From Octopus vulgaris (Eukaryota), in NCBI GenBank assembly GCA_951406725.2, contig OX597826.1, positions 10,974,001 through 11,038,000 on the forward strand: a stretch of DNA of 64,000 bases, in the 5' to 3' direction. The translations under genes were made by a program, and so were the position numbers. The notes beneath the pieces were generated by a model. That model was not told the DNA's origin and searched no databases. It saw nothing but the letters and a program-made list of their open reading frames with translations. This document shows positions 1 to 11,905 of the stretch, piece by piece; within the stretch, counting starts at the first letter, position 1, and the number at the start of each line of letters is the position of its first letter.

Positions 1-282
1 ATTTTAGAATGGCGGTTGTTCAGGTAGCCCTCACGCAAATTGCCGAAATGCAAGAAATTAAACAACAAATAGCTTACAAACTACAGAATTTTCTCAGGAA
101 AGCCAAGAGAAAAAGATGTTTTATGAAACACACAACCAGTATACGAAGTTTAAAAGTGTTTAGTTACAAAGAAATTATTTTAAAAATCTGCCAGTCAAAG
201 TGAAAAGATCCTAACTTCTTAAACATTTGATCACTCCAACCTCACACAAACACTGACCAGCTAAGCTGGTAGCAGAAATCTT

Positions 283-815
283 TTATCTGTTGCTTGTTTC
301 AGTCGTCAGACTGCGGTCATGTTTAATCGATTGAATCAACCCTATTAGGACGCCATGATAGATCGTTAGCTCCTACACGCATTTTTCTCTCCTTTTTTCT
401 CTCCTTTTTCTTCTCTCTTTTCTTTCTCTCCTTTTTTCTCTCACCTTGTTTTTTTCTGTGTATCTTTCTGTGGAAGAGCGTAGGCTCGAAACGTAAAAGA
501 CTTTTTCTATTTCTATTCCTGAGCGCTATACTAATACATTTGTTTGTTTGTACTCCACTTGCCTTCGTCTTTTGTTTATTTTCGTAAACTTTCCCGTTAC
601 ATTTTTTAAAGCCTAGTAATTATTCTATCCATTCTTTTGCCGAACAGCTCTATTACAGGTTGTCAAACAGACACACGACAAACTTTCAGTTTCCGTCTAC
701 CAAATCTACTCACAAGGCTTTGGTCGGCCCGAGGCTATAGTAGAAGGCACTTGCCCAAGATGCCACACAGTGGGACTGAACCCGGAACCATGTGGTTGGT
801 AAGCAACCTTCTTTA
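283..815 (-). mobile_element. SINE family A interrupted by a hammerhead-bearing element (~345-600)
   Basis: SINE halves at 283-345 and 601-815. Confidence 0.75.
463..500 (+). ncRNA. Degenerate minimal hammerhead motif in a short Penelope-type element
   Basis: UCUUU-CUGUGGA-A-GAGC guag GCUC-GAAACGU-A-AAAGA; relatives at ~26041-26075(+) and 42574-42608(-). Confidence 0.5.
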
Positions 816-849
816 GTCACAACTTTTACGACTTAAATACAAGACTTAC

Positions 850-949
850 CGATTCACTTTCCAAACTTCTACGGACTTTGCAGAATAAATATCCATAGAT
901 ACTTAGTTTGTAGTCATGAACAGCTCGTGGGAGTTCCTTAATGACACGC
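850..949 (-). CDS. Candidate isolated internal exon of an unidentified minus-strand gene (RVIKELPRAVHDYKLSIYGYLFCKVRRSLESES)
   Basis: Acceptor ttttttcattag, donor TCG|gtaagt, one open frame over 100 nt of unique sequence. No homology recognised. Confidence 0.3.
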
Positions 950-1971
950 CTAATGAAAAAATTACCTTCAATTTCTTTTTTAGTGTGGCCCACCTAACGA
1001 TGAACCTTGTCTCATGAGGCCCGCTTCTCGAAAAAGGTTACCCATGCATGTTATAGAGGATTATTTAATGACCTACTTTATCTCAGTGCTACTATAATCT
1101 TTGCTCATAAAAGAAACCATTGTATATTACTTTTCTTTACAAAGAAAGAAGATAGTCTCAATGCGGGCGTATTACTTGCTAGAAATAAGTCAAATCTCCG
1201 TCAGATCATACACTGATGTCTTTAAAAAGGAAGGGCGCCAAGGATAAAATAGCGCTAGATACATTGAATATGTAATGTTCAAAAACGGAATAATTATAAT
1301 AGAACTATTCGATTAAGGTTATTCTGGTTCTAAGCAACATTCACAATCAGTGGCCGGTAGGGTCTAGGATTTTTTGGGGGTCGGGTGATGTCCAAAAGTT
1401 TTGTAAAAGCACTGTATAAGGTGACAATCGCAATTCGTAACAAACGGACAGATTTTTATGTTTTCTAACTTTGTTGTAGCTAGCTGACCATATGCATATG
1501 AAACAGTAATGCTGTGAAACTGCTGGAAATAAAATAAATGCTATATTTGCAACGGTTCGGCTAGAAAGGGTTGTGCAGGGGCAACCTTGGGCAACACTCG
1601 TTCATCCGTCACTGACAATTCGTATTTTCATCAAATAAATTCTGTCTATCAAGCATTTATATTCTATTCAGTTTGGTTTGACTCTGAATACTTGCCTTAC
1701 GGTGCTAACCTTTCTTCTAGTTATATAAGTGTACTTTGGAGAATGTCAGCTGGAAAATTTATTGAGTGTGACCTTATATATCTAACAAACAAATATATGC
1801 AAATACCTAGAAAAGTGTCTATCGTTTTTGGTCGTTTTATATACGGATACCTGAATTTATATAATGTGTATGTATATCTATGTATATGTACATACTATGT
1901 GTGTGTGTGTGTGTGCGCGCGGGCGTCATGTCTATATATGTAGATAGGATCTATTCCATCTGATGGAACAG

Positions 1972-2008
<37 letters not shown>

Positions 2009-2340
2009 CGTGTGTGTGTGTGCGTGCGTATATCTATGTACCATACGTATCTTTATGTGCGTATATAAATAAGTACGCGTACGTACAATACACACGTATG
2101 TATATGCATGTACACATATAATCATTATTTATTTTCTCTTTTTAATTAGTGGCCTGAGTTGCCTCTCGAAACTGTTGAAGCATTTCTTGGGAGGCAATTT
2201 GGAACATATTGATTCGCCTTAAGGATCTTTTCTGTTGCTGCCACGGCTTTTTGTTTTTTTAAAACTTAATTCCAATTGGTTTTAAATTTGGCGTACTGAT
2301 GTAGTTTTGTATGCTTATTATGAAAATGAAATTCATTTTT

Positions 2341-2765
2341 AGGAGTGGTAAGTGTGGTAAGTAGCTTGCTAACCAACCACATGGTTCCGGGTTCAGTCCC
2401 ACTGCGTGGCATCTTGGGCAAGTGTCTTCTGCTATAGCCCCGGGCCGACCAAAGCCTTGTGAGTGGATTTGGTAAATGGAAACTGAAAGAAGCCCGTCGT
2501 ATATATGTATATATATATATATATATGTATGAGTCTGTATATGTTTGAGTGTCTGTGTTTGTCCCCCCAACATCGCTTGACAACCGGTGCTGGTGTGTTT
2601 ACGTCTGCGTAACTTAGCGATTCGGCAAAAGAGACCGATAGAATAAGTACTAGGCTTACAAAAAATAAGTCCTGGGGTTGATTTCCTCGACTAAAAAGGC
2701 GGTGCTCCAGCATGGCCACAATCAAATGACTGAAACAAGTAAAAGAGAGTAAAAGAAAAGAGAGC
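2341..2765 (+). mobile_element. tRNA-derived SINE family A (dominant SINE; CORE-like CCTTGGGCAAGT motif, internal (TA)n, GTAAAAGA tail)
   Basis: A/B-box-like TGGCTGTGTGGT / GGTTCAGTCCC; about 25 copies in the window. Confidence 0.9.
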
Positions 2766-2983
2766 TTTTAAACTTTGCAAATTTTGGGCAATTTTAGCCA
2801 ATCAAAATCCAGTGACATTGGTGCCTGTTTCTATAGTAACAAGCCAAGCTGTCGTCCCCTTAAAACTACGACCAAATAATTTCTGTATTTGTCTATTTTC
2901 TTTGACGCGTGCTTTTTTTTTCCCCCCTGAACTTTCGTTTTTGAATTTACGCTACAGAAAGTGTATTGTTTACATGAAGTAAC

Positions 2984-3372
2984 GTACTCTTTTACTTGTT
3001 TCAGTCATTTGACTATGGCCATGCTGGAACACCGCCTTTAGTTGAGCAAATCGACCACAGGACTTATTCTTTGTAAGCTTAGTACTTATTCTATCGGTCT
3101 CTTTTGCCGAACCGCTAAGTTACGGGGATGTAAACACACCAGCATCGGTTGTCAAGCGATGTTGGGGGGATAAACACAGAGACACAAACACATACACGCA
3201 TATATATATATATACATATATACAACGAGCTTCTTTCAGTTTCCGTCGACCAAATCCACTCACAAGGCTTTGGTTAACCTGAGACTATAGTAGAAGACAT
3301 TTACCCAAGACTGAACCCGGAACCATGTGGTTGCTAAGCAAACTACTTACCACACAGCCACTCCTGTGCCTA
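2984..3372 (-). mobile_element. SINE family A
   Basis: Reverse complement of 2341-2765. Confidence 0.9.
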
Positions 3373-3461
3373 CAGTTTTTTTTTTGTAATTTTTCACAAG
3401 AAAATTTTCCCAACCAATTTTTTTCTTTTTAAATTTACACGCCTTTTCGACCATTTCAGCC

Positions 3462-3582
3462 CCCCAACTTTAATCCTACACCTTAACTCCAAACCTACAC
3501 CCTAACCCTAAACCCTAACCTTAAACTCTAAGTCCAACTCTGAACCCAACCTTAAACCCCAACCCTAAATCTAAACCCTAAC
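3462..3582 (+). repeat. Degenerate (CCCTAA)n telomere-like tract
   Basis: ccctaaccctaaaccctaaccttaaactctaa..., embedded in an unclassified repeat. Confidence 0.6.
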
Positions 3583-4613
3583 ATAAAATTTGTTTTATAA
3601 TATTTCTTTTATTGTCCACAGGAGGCTAGACATAGAGGGGACAAACAAGGACAGACAAAGGGATTAAGTCGATTACATCGACCCCAGTGCGTAACTGGTA
3701 CTTATTTAATCGACCCCGAAAGAATGAAAGGCAAAGTTGACCTCGGTGGAATTTGAACTCAGATCGTAACAGCAGACGAAATTACACAAGAAAAGTTTTG
3801 GTGAGGAGGTTTTTATTTTAAAATTATTTACATGTCTCTTCGACTGTTTCACATTACTTTCTTCATTAAAACTTATTAAAACTTCAAAACTTCTTCCTAC
3901 TTTCGTCTTGTATTGCTTTATTATTTTACCATTTCCAGTCATTGAACTGCAATCATGATGGAGCATGGGCTCTTAAAATATTAGGGCAGTGGTCCCCAAA
4001 CTTTTTCCATAACAGACTGGTTCAATGTAAGACAATTTTTCCATGGATCTGGTGTCAAATTCTTAACACAATAAAGTGCATAATATATAATTTAATTAAT
4101 TACACATACCAAATGACCCACCACCAAATGATTTACAAGTGCAGTACTGGTTGACCCTTGGTTTAAAGGATTAAATCAACCCCCAGTACAACACTTATGT
4201 CAATCTGGTTCTCATCTATCACTCTATTTGTGAAACTACAAATTTATGAGTCCATGACACAATACCACACAAATATGAACTGAAGCATGCATAAGTGATG
4301 TTGGTCAGTTTGATGCTATACTAAAAGGAATATATGGTTGCAGCACAATCTACTGAACCCTGCTCACCAACACCACCACCACCACCACCACATCATCATC
4401 ATCAGAATCACTTTTACATCTATTTTTCCATTCATGCTCATGTTGGATGAGTCTTTTTTCAACACAATATCTTAGCATTTATGAAACTCTTTCATAATTT
4501 CCTTTGTGAAGTTCAATATCTGTTTCTTTATTGCCTGCAAGGGACTAAACATAGAGGGTACAAACAAGGACAGACAAACGGATTAAGTCGATTACATCGA
4601 CCCCAGAGTGTAA

Positions 4614-4666
<53 letters not shown>

Positions 4667-4667
4667 A

Positions 4668-4913
4668 CTGCAGAATAATCTTAATGGTAAAAATTTCAAT
4701 TCCTTGGATGACGTAAAAAAGATACCTTGATGAATTCTTTGCCATGAAACCACCTCAATTCTAGAAAGAGGGTATTTTCAAGTTAAAGGAAAGATGGAGA
4801 TGCATTGTGCAACAAAATGGTTCATATTTGGTTGATTAAAAATATAATGGCAATTATTTATTGACCTTTTGTCTTTCCTTTAAAAATCGGCACGAACTTT
4901 CCCGACAACCAAA
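4668..4913 (+). mobile_element. Mariner 3' end with right TIR
   Basis: LQNNLNGKNFNSLDDVK..LDEFFA.KP..F.KEGIFKLKERW..IVQQNGSY followed by AAATCGGCACGAACTTTCCCGACAACCAAATA. Confidence 0.85.
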
Positions 4914-6081
4914 TATATACAAGTGTGTATGTGTGTGTGTCTGTGTGTGTATAAAATTGTAATGACCTTGAGCAACATAAGACAAAAGCGATTGTCTTTA
5001 TCATTGTGGTTGTTACATTATGAAGTATTAAGTCTCTGTAGACTAGAACTAAACCAGTTTTGATTCCTGTTTGGGAACATTCCATTTATATCAATAATGT
5101 TACTTGGAAAGGCTTCCTATTTCTAATCTGCTAAGTCTGGTAAAAACGGGGGTTTTTTTAGTTTAGAAAAAACAAATGGTGTTGCTTTGCAATGGAAACT
5201 CATGTTTTCTTTGTATCCCAACCAAAAACAATAAACTTCCATAGAGTAAAGACGACTCTTGTTTACACAAGGTAATGTTGTTATTAGCTGTACCAAAGAA
5301 ACCCCTACACAGTCATTTTATCTGTTAGACATAGCAGTCAAAGTTTCTTCAAATCATTACATGCCACTTAAAAAAAAAAGAAAAAGAAAAAAAGATGACA
5401 GATACATTTGATAATGATGTCTGAATAATAAGATAGGAAGATCCTGCATAGAATGGTTTTGATAATGCAAAACGAAAGTCTTGCTCAAGAACCTCACACA
5501 GCCCGGCCTAGGAATCAAACTCACTACCTCATGATTGTGAGTTTGACACTCTAACCACTGAGCCACGCATATGCACTTAGTCTTGTTCTTAATAAACTTT
5601 GATGGTTTTGATCATGATTCCTTTTTACCTGATGGGTTTCTTGGCCGAGGAGAGCTTCACCCTTAGTGCAGTCAGAAACTATGTATGCTCCCTTAGTTAT
5701 ATTGCTTATATGAAGGAGTGCTGAAACGTTCCTGGTTTTAAGGGTATCATGAAAGCCCTGGCTGCAGGTCCAACTTTCTGTGTTCTTTTACAGGGTTTAG
5801 AAAAACTGAAGGACCACTGAAATAATTGTGTGAATCTGAGAGGGAAATATATTCAATAAAATCATAATTAACTGATCCTCCCTTGTTTATTAGTTGATAT
5901 CTGGGGACCAGATCTGGCTATAAATACCCTAGGATAATTAGAAAGACTGAGGAAACAGGCAGGGTTCTCAGTGACCTGAAACAGAACACATCCAATTAAG
6001 TTAAAATATTAATTGTTCGCTAAATATATCTTACTCTTTCATTCACAAGCCTAAAATTACTTTTGAGCAAGTATATATATG

Positions 6082-6121
<40 letters not shown>

Positions 6122-6125
<4 letters not shown>

Positions 6126-6282
6126 AGTGGGTGTGTGGTAAGTAGCTTGCTTACCAACCACATGGTTCTAGGTTCAGTCCCACTGCGTGATACCTTGGGC
6201 AAGTGTCTTCTACTATAGCCTCAGGCCGACCAAAGCCTTGTGAGTGAATTTGCTAGACAGAAACTGAAAGAAGCCCGTTGTA

Positions 6283-6314
<32 letters not shown>

Positions 6315-6410
6315 CATAAACAAAAGACGAAGGCATGGATATATATATATCATCGGATAGTTGATGCTTTACTGATTTAAGTATGTTTCTCCATTCTCTA
6401 ATTTTGTTAT

Positions 6411-6476
<66 letters not shown>

Positions 6477-6745
6477 GTATGTATATATATGTATGTATGT
6501 ATATATATGTATATATGTATGTGTGTATATGTTTGTGTGTCTGTGTTTGTCACCCCAACATCACTTGACAACCGATGCTGGTGTATTTTCGTCCCCCGTA
6601 ACTTAGAAGTTCGGCAAAAGAGACCGACAGAATAAGTACTAGGCTTACAAAGAATAAGTCCTGGGGTCGATTTGCTCGATCGACTAAAGGCAGTGCTCCA
6701 GTATGGCCAAAGTCGAACGACTGAAACCAGTAAAACAGTAAAAGA
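6122..6745 (+). mobile_element. SINE family A with expanded internal microsatellite
   Basis: Family consensus match. Confidence 0.9.
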
Positions 6746-7146
6746 ATATATATATATATATATATATATTGTCATCATCATTTTAGCATCCCCTTTTTCA
6801 TACTTGCATGGATTGGAAGGAGTCAGAGGTAGATTTTCTATGACTGAATGCTCTTCATGTTGCTAACTCTTACATGTTTCCCAGCAAAGTAATATTTTCC
6901 CATATTTTCATAGAAGGCTGGAAATGAACAACTTTGCTTTTATGATGATACCCAATTATAACCAATGTGTGATGTCAAGACGAGTACACACACACACACA
7001 TATATACTTATATGTTTATATGATGATTGGTGATTGTCTTATTCTGTCAAATGACAGCTGTCTCACATTCAGCCTGATCTGATTTACTTTCATCCTTGCA
7101 TGCCTGTGGATATGGTTTCCAGGCCAGCTGAGACATCTGTTTGTCA

Positions 7147-7519
7147 TCTCTCTATATATAAACGGCAAAATGTGTGTGTGTGTGTGTGTGCATGTCCTTT
7201 ATACAAATCCACAATTTTTCAGTTAGAGGGCTCGCACTTTCTATGGTCATTCAAAACCGTCCAAGGGTGGTCGTGCACATCTTTACATTTCCCCAGTCAC
7301 CCCGCAAAGCCATTAAAAAATCAATAGAAGTTAGTTTTTATGAATTTTCTATCCAAAGCCCAATCAAAATACCCGAAACTTGATATGCCAATTGAATGCC
7401 ATCAGGCTGTATGTGATCGGTTGGAGATTTGGACAGTACTCGCGTAGATGTGCGCACGCACGCAGCTGTATATGCATGCACTAGCACTATGACCCGGCAT
7501 TGCTGGGTCACAGTGCTAG
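7147..7519 (+). mobile_element. Non-autonomous Helitron, family H1
   Basis: 5' TC, 3' hairpin plus CTAG, inserted between A and T, no TSD; five copies in the window. Confidence 0.85.
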
Positions 7520-7718
7520 TTGAATTTAAATGACAAAAGCTTGTACTACACTTATGCCAGTCTCTCATAGTTCCTGTGACAAGCAATGCAAGACGACTGC
7601 CACTATTTCCATTTTAACTAAATATGATATTAAACTGCGTCTAGTGGGGGGTATGGAGTCAATGCTTAATTACCATTACTCTCAGGTCTATCCTGACTGA
7701 GAATGGTAATACCTGTGA

Positions 7719-7721
<3 letters not shown>

Positions 7722-7767
<46 letters not shown>

Positions 7768-7891
7768 TCTCTCAATCAATAAATCAAACAAATAGATTTC
7801 TCAGGAGTAGAGAAGACTCCCATTTTTTTTCACAATGGTGTAGGGAAGGCAGCTCTTTCTGGAGAAAGATATTCTGACAAAACTTGCAACC

Positions 7892-7940
<49 letters not shown>
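7722..7940. repeat. (CT)n and (GT)n microsatellites
   Basis: Direct inspection. Confidence 0.95.
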
Positions 7941-7944
<4 letters not shown>

Positions 7945-8234
7945 GGCTTCTTTTAGTTTCTGTCTAACAAATGCCCTCAGAAGGCTTTGGTCAGCTCTAG
8001 GGTACTTTAGAAGGTACTTGCCTGATATACTGGTTCATCACCCAGCCACTTTTGAACCTATATATATATAGTGGAGAAATTATATCAAATGTATAAGTTG
8101 ATGAAGAATAAAACACCGGCACAGCTTCGATTACCTGTTGTTATCCGTAGATTTATTGTAGGAACATCATAGCGGTGGTTGAGGTAACAGTATTAATAAA
8201 ATAGATGGATGGAATGAGTAAAAGATTTTATTTA

Positions 8235-8276
8235 GTATGACACATGTTTCGACCCACTCTGGGTCTCTTCGGATAC
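8235..8276 (-). ncRNA. Type I minimal hammerhead ribozyme motif (Penelope-type; CCGAAGA core variant)
   Basis: GUAU-CCGAAGA-GACCCA gag UGGGUC-GAAAC augu GU-C-AUAC; all three stems pair. Confidence 0.65.
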
Positions 8277-8710
8277 ATAAATAAATAAAAAAAATAAAAA
8301 GTTTCACCAGAGATTTTCTGACTTGGTTTTACATACCGCTATATGTCCATCAACTTTGGAGAATGAGAAAAAAAAAAAAACAGAGAAAAATTGAAATGTG
8401 AAAATTATACATTCCAGTTTAGAGAAAATGACAGAATGAGGCATTGCTGTTGTAATTGTTAAGAGAAAGAAAAGGAAGTCGGAGTTGAAAGGAAGATAAT
8501 AGACGAAAATATTTTTGTATTCGTGCTTAGATTCACATATAAATACGAGACTAGAAAAACAGCCAACAACAGATGAAGGGTTGTTCTTTATGCTGTTTGT
8601 TTTGTTTTCCATTTGTGTCTTTCGTTGTTCAAAAGAATAGTTCATGTTCCATGTACTCAGGTTTCGGATTTTTTTGTTGTACACGTTTGATGACGTCCTG
8701 TGCCCACCTA

Positions 8711-8711
<1 letters not shown>

Positions 8712-8754
<43 letters not shown>

Positions 8755-8793
8755 GATGTATGTACATATATGTATATATATATATATATTATT

Positions 8794-8835
<42 letters not shown>

Positions 8836-9434
8836 TTACATAGACAAGGTCACACACACACCTCCAAGTATATGGGTTTATACATATAACTAGTTACACG
8901 CGCATACGCACACATATGAACGAACACATACATATATATGTATAGGAACTCATATATATGAGTATGTATACATGTATACATGCGTATGTATACATAAATA
9001 TACGCACATAGCACAAATAAATATGTACATATATTCATATGTAAAGCAATATACAAACGTCTTAGCAAAGTTTGACACATACATACGTGTTAATACACTC
9101 ACGTATACACATAAGTAAATATATACATGCACATACATACATATACACATACACACACATATATGTATGCATATACACATATTAACACACGTCTGCAAAC
9201 ACATATACACAAATTCACATTAATATATACACACACCTATAAAAAATGCAAATGCATACCATTTAAAAATGTAGACTTATGTATATCTTGACACATGTAC
9301 ACATACACACACACATATGTATATATACACATATATACACATACATACATACACGTATACATATATGCATGTACATGCATACATATCATACATAGACACA
9401 CACACACACATATATATGTATGCATATACATACA

Positions 9435-9466
<32 letters not shown>
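8712..9466. repeat. Complex (TA)/(CA) low-complexity tract
   Basis: Direct inspection; source of the YI/HT-rich spurious ORFs. Confidence 0.95.
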
Positions 9467-9499
9467 CTTTATTTAAAGCAGCAGAAAATTCAACAAAAC

Positions 9500-9537
9500 C
9501 TGTTACTCTGAGTTTCACGTTCCCGTTCGTCGGACAG
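9500..9537 (-). ncRNA. Type I minimal hammerhead motif (CCGACGA core variant)
   Basis: CUGU-CCGACGA-ACG ggaa CGU-GAAACUC a GAGU-A-ACAG. Confidence 0.6.
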
Positions 9538-9755
9538 TTTTTGCTGTGAAACTCAGAGTAACAGGTTTTGTTGAATTTTCTGCTGCTTTAAATAAAGCAT
9601 ATTACTCTACCACTGGTATTTGAGTACTCTTTTTTCCACCTTGTTTCACATTTATGTGTTTACTCTGGTATATATATATATATATATGACCTCGTCTGTA
9701 TCACTAGCGATTTTTTTCCCCTGTCTTCCCTTCTCGGGATCTTTCCTTCTCCTAT

Positions 9756-9863
9756 GTTTCCGACGAAGAGCTCCACTCGAAACGTCAAACCCTCCGTCTT
9801 CCCTTCTTTGGATCTTTCCTTCTCCTATGTTTCTGACGAAGAGCTCCGCTGGAAATGTCAAAC
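9756..9863 (+). ncRNA. Tandem pair (73-nt unit) of minimal hammerhead motifs
   Basis: Consensus GUUU-C(C/U)GACGA-A-GAGC ucc GCUC-GAAACGU-C-AAAC; each copy carries two substitutions relative to the canonical motif. Confidence 0.6.
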
Positions 9864-9966
9864 CCTCCTTCTTCCCTTCTTTCCTGAGTGTCCAATAATA
9901 CTTTATTTGTTCCACGTCCTTCCGTTGTTGTTTTTTTTGTTTTTGTTTTCTTGTTTGGATTAACTT

Positions 9967-9998
<32 letters not shown>

Positions 9999-10024
9999 TA
10001 GATCTAGATTGCAAGATCATATGT

Positions 10025-10335
10025 CCAATACAAGTTATTTAAATATGGTTCCTTAAGTTCACGTGTATTAAGAGTTGTGGGTGCCGTGTATATATCAAGT
10101 GCTGTATGGTCTGGACTGTAGTATGTAAATGTGTGTTTAGCTGCGTATAGGCATCTGGCTAAATGTTCAGTGAATTTATTTATAATGCACTCCTTTGTCT
10201 ACATTATCAAGATTGACTCCTCGGAGCATTATTGGCATTTGCGGGATATAGTGTTGTAGGGAGTCACGTGTTTAAGTATGGATCATGTAAGGTCGCATTT
10301 TGTCTTTGCTTCCTTAAGCTGCCAGATAAAATAAT
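10025..10335 (-). mobile_element. Penelope-like element, C-terminal GIY-YIG endonuclease remnant
   Basis: Translates to FIWQLKE...*SILKHVTPYNTISRKCQ*CSEE..LI....IINKFTEHLARCLY..KH, matching the PLE endonuclease C-terminus. Confidence 0.75.
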
Positions 10336-10412
10336 AAGATAATTGACTTAATCCGTTTGTCCTTGTTTGTCCCCTCTGTGTGTAGCCCCTTGTGGGCAGT
10401 AAAGAGATAGGA

Positions 10413-11050
10413 AAATGGTCTTGCTTGTTATGTGGAAAAGGAGTAGGTAGGAATTCCGTATGGTGTACCCAGTGTAAACTGGATGCTTAGGAATTGAGGT
10501 ACAATCACAGGTAAGTTATCAGAAAAAGTAAACTTCACACATAACAAGTGTACTGGAGTAATAAGTACAAAGAGCACTTGTAAAATAGACTCTCTACAAT
10601 GGCCTGGTAGTTCTCTAATAGTTGATGGCTCCTGTTACCTAGGAGACCTAATTAGCAGTAAGTAGGTATTTTGAGAGCATCATAGCCAGAGTAAGAACTG
10701 ACTGGAAAAAGTTCTGGGAGCTGTTACCTCTGCTGGCAACAAGAGGCTTCTCCCTCTGAGCGAAGGGCAGATTCTACAGCAGTTATTTGTGATACAAATG
10801 AGATAAGCAAACTGAACATAAGAGTAATCTGGTGTAGAATGCAAGAGAGAAGACTACATTGGTAGTGGAGTGCAATGCATATTGAGGAGGTCAGCTGTGT
10901 AATGATGTACTGTGTACTTGATGTAATTGGAACTTGTTGAAGAGAGGTACTAATGAAGGTTTGGGATGACGTGGTGAAGACGGATCTGAAGCTGTTATAT
11001 TTCTTGAAGGAGGTGTGCTGTATCAGAAAAGACCTACTTTCTTGTCCAGG
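10413..11050 (+). mobile_element. RTE-clade LINE fragment (RT C-terminus)
   Basis: CGKGVGRNS.WCTQCK, CYLGDLISS and IARVRT.WKKF.ELLPLLATRGFSL..KGR motifs, degenerate. Confidence 0.8.
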
Positions 11051-11076
11051 CATTGCAAAACAGAGGTTGAAATTAT

Positions 11077-11905
11077 ATATTGGGTCATCCTGTAAATAAT
11101 GCTGTTTTTTGAAATGCATGAACTAAAAGTTAGAGGGGGTAGGGATAAACTACCTGCATCAACTTGTACTTATTCTTAGTGCAAGTTTTAAAGAGTGCTG
11201 CTCAATTTTAAGTTACTTTTTCAAAACTATAATAGAAGTGACAATGTAGCATATTCGGCATATTTTGCTTTATGAGTTCATTAAAGGCAACAATACAATG
11301 GAAAGTGTGAGGAATATTAATGCAGTTTATGGGAATCGGACAATAAGTATAAGCCAGTGTCAACGGTGGTTCCAGAAATTTCGAGCCGGAAACTACATCC
11401 TAGAAAACGAGCCTCGTCCTAGAAGATCTGTAGAGTTTGATGAGGATGTCCTGCAAACCCTGGTGGAACAAAATCCCATTGTAACTGTTGAGGAACTAGC
11501 AGAGAAGCCTGGATTTGGTCATTCAACCAATCATCGATACCTGTGTGCCATTGGAAAAATCAACAAATCGGGTCTATGGTTCCTCACAAACTTTCCAAGT
11601 TTACTTGTGCACAGAAAGTGAATGTGTGCTCTTCTTTGCTGTCACATCTCACAAATGAACCTTTTTTGGACTGAATAGTAACTGGTGATGAGAAATGGGT
11701 TCTCTATGAAAACGTCAAATGCCAAAGACAGTGGGTAGAGAAAGGAGAAACACTGGTACCCCAGGCTGAAGAAGACTTTCACATATGTAAGATGTTGTTA
11801 TCTGTTTGGTGGGATATGAAAGGTTTAGTCCACTTTGAACTTTTAAACTCAAACCCAACGATAGCAAAGGAAATCTTCTGCAAGTAGCTTGAGTGGCTTA
11901 AGTCA
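11077..11905 (+). mobile_element. Decayed mariner transposon, 3'-truncated
   Basis: TIR-like TA-TTGGGTCATCC start. Translation shows the HTH (QCQRWFQKFRAGN..LENEPR), IVTGDEKWV and LSVWWD motifs, with stops and frameshifts. Confidence 0.9.

Noticed and set aside
2150-2212. Possible + strand terminal exon (WPELPLETVEAFLGRQFGTY*)
   Set aside because: An acceptor is present, but no compatible upstream exon or recognisable homology.
2259-2725. Recurrent ORFs of the type YDGLLSVSVYQIHSQGFGRP...CPRCHAVGLNPEPCGW
   Set aside because: Antisense translations of SINE A, not a protein family.
3462-3582. Chromosome end or fusion site
   Set aside because: Short, degenerate and embedded in an interspersed repeat.
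8629-9549. Y/I/H/T/C/V-rich ORFs
   Set aside because: Translations of dinucleotide microsatellites.
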